The notes below the pieces were generated by a model. It had not been told where the DNA came from. It saw only the letters and a program-made list of their open reading frames with translations, and did not search any database. This document shows positions 39,521 through 42,234 of a stretch of 42,234 nt of DNA, piece after piece; the stretch's first letter is position 1, and each line of letters starts with the position of its first letter. Source of the DNA: Macrostomum lignano (lineage: Eukaryota); contig NIVC01000683.1 of assembly GCA_002269645.1 (NCBI GenBank), positions 1-42,234 on the forward strand, in the 5' to 3' direction. A program made the position numbers and the translations under genes.

Positions 39521-40231
39521 TAAATAAAGTTAGGGCCGCTGTACACTCCTGTGTGAGTGTGTGCCTGTGCGTATGACTGCGTACGTATCCGCACACTTGT
39601 GTGCCTGCTCAGGGGAGTCGGTTGAATGGGCAGTAATGCCTCTCGCCGGCTGTGTGACAATGTCGCTTAAAGTGTGCCAGGATGCACACAGCCCCTGCCT
39701 TTAATTGAAAAATAAAAAATACAGTTGACTGCCAAGGAAGCTAAGTTAGTTTCAGCCGTTCCTGTCTGTTTAGTGCAGCTTTATCAAAGATTTTCGAAGA
39801 TTTTTCGCGACCAAATTTTCTATGACGAAACACCATCAGTGCTTGTGCAAAAAAAGTAAATCTTTGCAAAATCCGTTTAGAACAGAACTGCATTACAGCT
39901 CTCTAATAATGCTTCGTAATCTTTTAAAGCTAATCTAAGTAGTATTTGTGATATGCAAACGCAATTCGTCACTACTGCTTTCGAGTACTTTTGCACCTAT
40001 ACGCGTTTAATCTTTCTCTCAACAGAGAAAATATTATATCATGGAAAAGTACCGACTGCAAAAGGTAATGAAAAAAGTTTGCATGCATTCCCAGCCGAAC
40101 TATTTGGATTTTTGACGCTTGCTATACTGAGCAGACTTTTGCATTATGAAAGTAAAAAGAGTTGCGTTAATTTACTATGTTGTCAAGACTTTTATAATAT
40201 GAATAAAAATTGGCTGAAACTGTACAATCAG

Positions 40232-40314
40232 AATCAATGTAGTCCAGCGGTGAACGCGTCTGACTCTCGCGATACACGACCCTGGGTTCGAATCCCTGCG
40301 TGGCCACATTGATT
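40232..40314 (+). mobile_element. tRNA-derived Pol III element (tRNA pseudogene or SINE head)
   Basis: A-box-like TAGTCCAGCGG at 40240 and B-box GGTTCGAATCC at about 40285, at tRNA-like spacing. The anticodon and acceptor stems do not pair, so it is not a functional tRNA. Confidence 0.55.
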
Positions 40315-40801
40315 TGTTTGAAAGTCAAGGGTCGCTGTACACCTTGTCATCAGCCATATATTCGAATTTTATGCGTTAATTTTTATTTGTCTTTTGGCAA
40401 TGTGGATACGACTATATAGAGTCGCAGGATCAAAAGTCTATCGCTTATTTTAACATTGTGTCTTCTGACACGTAGCCGCCTAAGTTTTCATTCCTATCGC
40501 TAATCGAAAAAGGTATTATATTATAGTTTGTCTGTTTTTCTTTTAAACTTCAACTCTCGCAGTACGAATATTTCATTGCTACTTTACTCGTATAAGTCGC
40601 ATTTCGTATTGCAAAATATTTAGTAGCTAAAAGACATTCTCCAATATTCAACAGTTGAACTCTTCAATGTTGTCCAACCTTTTAATTGACCCCAACGCAA
40701 CTTAAAAACTGTTTTTTTCAAAGAGGAATTAATGCCCAAATTCGGTGAACCAGAGTTTTAATTACCCTAAAAAGATTACCTGACAATTTTTGCGAGCGCA
40801 G

Positions 40802-40946
40802 AAAGCGGCCAGTTCTGTCCAGCTCAACTCAGTTCACGGCGCCGACTCCGGCCTGGGGCCAGGCAGCGACGCCGAGGACGCCGAGGACGGGGAGCCGCCC
40901 GACACCGTCGAATTGTCGAAGCGACGCCTGCCCAGTCGACTGTTCG
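40802..40946 (+). CDS. Cav3: Cav3 II-III linker exon
   Basis: GCGCAG| then KAASSVQLNSVHGADSGLGPGSDAEDAEDGEPPDTVELSKRRLPSRLF, donor G|GTGAGA. Phases (0 in, 1 out) fit both neighbouring exons. Low sequence conservation. Confidence 0.72.
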
Positions 40947-41079
40947 GTGAGAGTTTTGTTGCGATCGATAGGTTAAGTCTGATTCAAATCCATTTAAACT
41001 GACAGAGCGAAATGATGAGAACTTGCTTAAGGACTGCGATAAATCTCGATTCCTATATAGATTCCATCAAAGCAAACTC

Positions 41080-41400
41080 GAAACCTACTCAAAACCTGCT
41101 CAAAATCTACTCAAAACCTACTCAAAACCTACTCAAAACCTGCTCAAAACCAACTCAAAACCTACTCAAAATCTACTCAAAGCCTATTTAAAGCTTAGAT
41201 GAAAGCCTACCCAAAACCTACTAAAAACCTACACTAGGCCTACTCAAAACCTACCCAAAACCTACCTAAAACCTACCTAAAACCTACCCAAAGCCTACTC
41301 AAAACCTACACAAAGCCTACTCACAGCCTATCTAAAGCCTATACTCAAAGTCTATCAATGCTTATAAAAATTGCAAACTCAAATACTCAAAACCTGGCAA
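41080..41400. repeat. Degenerate 11-bp repeat (AAAACCTACTC)n
   Basis: Direct reading. Confidence 0.9.
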
Positions 41401-41442
41401 AAAGCCTACTGAAACTCACCGAGTTATAAATTATCCAATCAG

Positions 41443-41765
41443 ATGAGCCGTCAGCAGCCGCAGGCCGCCCAGACCAGCAGCAGCAGCAGCAGCCGCAGCC
41501 GCCATCATCAGCACTGATCCCTCCAATCATCACCCACACAGCAGCAACGCCTCAGCCCACACCGCCGCAGGGCAGTCCCGCTATTGAGGCCACTTTTGCT
41601 GCAGCGGAAACCGCTGTCGCCAAATACAGGGCAACAGAAACAGCGGAGCTGCTTCAGCAACAACAACAGCTGCAGCAGCAGCAGCAGCAAAAGCAACAGT
41701 TGGATCTTTCCAGTGCATTTCGATTCAGCTCAACTAGCATTGCTTCCATTGATCGGTCATTGTCT
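41443..41765 (+). CDS. Cav3: Cav3 II-III linker exon with poly-Gln tracts (gene continues beyond the window)
   Basis: AATCAG| phase 1. Contains PPIITHTAATPQPTP, matching the conserved Cav3 IIHTAATP motif. Donor TCT|GTGAGT at 41766. Confidence 0.85.
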
Positions 41766-41853
41766 GTGAGTAGCTCGTGGATAATTATCTTCAACGAGTA
41801 TCTGAGACACTTTGCAATGTACTTGTAGCTTCTGAAGACCGTAGCCCAGCGGC

Positions 41854-41985
41854 CCAGGCTCGATTCCAAGTGCAGTCGCATTAATTTGGGGCTAAATTGG
41901 AATCTCGGCTTGGCTCTGCTTGTGCAATTAACGCCCAGCTTGAAGGCCAACCTCCAAGGCACAGTGAAGTGTACATGCCTAACGA
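41854..41985 (+). repeat. Dispersed repeat of about 132 bp, copy 2
   Basis: Same orientation as 39389-39520, with scattered substitutions. Confidence 0.9.
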
Positions 41986-42095
41986 AATTTCCTCAAATAA
42001 GGTGATTTGTAAACTGAAGAAGGAGTTGTATTGGTTCTTAACGAAGTGTGCTTTTTAATGGACTTGCATAAATAATTTTTGCTCATTGCTTATTG

Positions 42096-42124
42096 GCCGC
42101 CCGAAGGGGGCACAAGATTGCTAG
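42096..42124 (+). mobile_element. Putative Helitron 3' terminus
   Basis: GC hairpin GCCGCCC-GAA-GGGGGC, 9-nt spacer, then CTAG followed by T. Confidence 0.5.
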
Positions 42125-42234
42125 TCTAATAAACTAAAATAAATACCAATCAACCCCCACAACAGCAGAACGACAAGTCCGTATCTGAGGGTTCCCGGTA
42201 CGTAAGGTGCGCTCAACTTCCCAGGGCGAAAGTT

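Noticed and set aside
40233-40307. Functional tRNA gene
   Set aside because: The anticodon stem and the canonical acceptor stem do not base-pair. Kept only as a tRNA-derived element.

Overview
Eukaryotic (animal) genomic DNA with two intron-containing genes on the + strand and heavily satellite-filled introns. Gene 1 (867-5298, 4 exons) encodes an hnRNP M/MYEF2/Gbp2-type protein with an N-terminal RS region and three RRMs. Exon 1 has an apparent 1-nt frameshift at an A5 run. Gene 2 (12052 or 12121 to beyond the window end) is a T-type voltage-gated calcium channel alpha-1 subunit (Cav3). It can be traced from the N-terminus through domains I and II into the II-III linker. Its first intron is an 8.6-kb U12-type AT-AC intron. 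It carries mutually exclusive domain II turret exons: a 3-cysteine 12a type and a 5-cysteine 12b type. The exon encoding the domain I pore helix and selectivity filter could not be found. Almost every long ORF in the supplied track is translation of non-coding micro- or minisatellite. The organism is probably a protostome invertebrate. The repeat-filled introns suggest a flatworm such as Macrostomum, but that is unverified inference. All exon boundaries were derived by hand from splice signals, reading-phase continuity and recalled family sequences; no database search was run.
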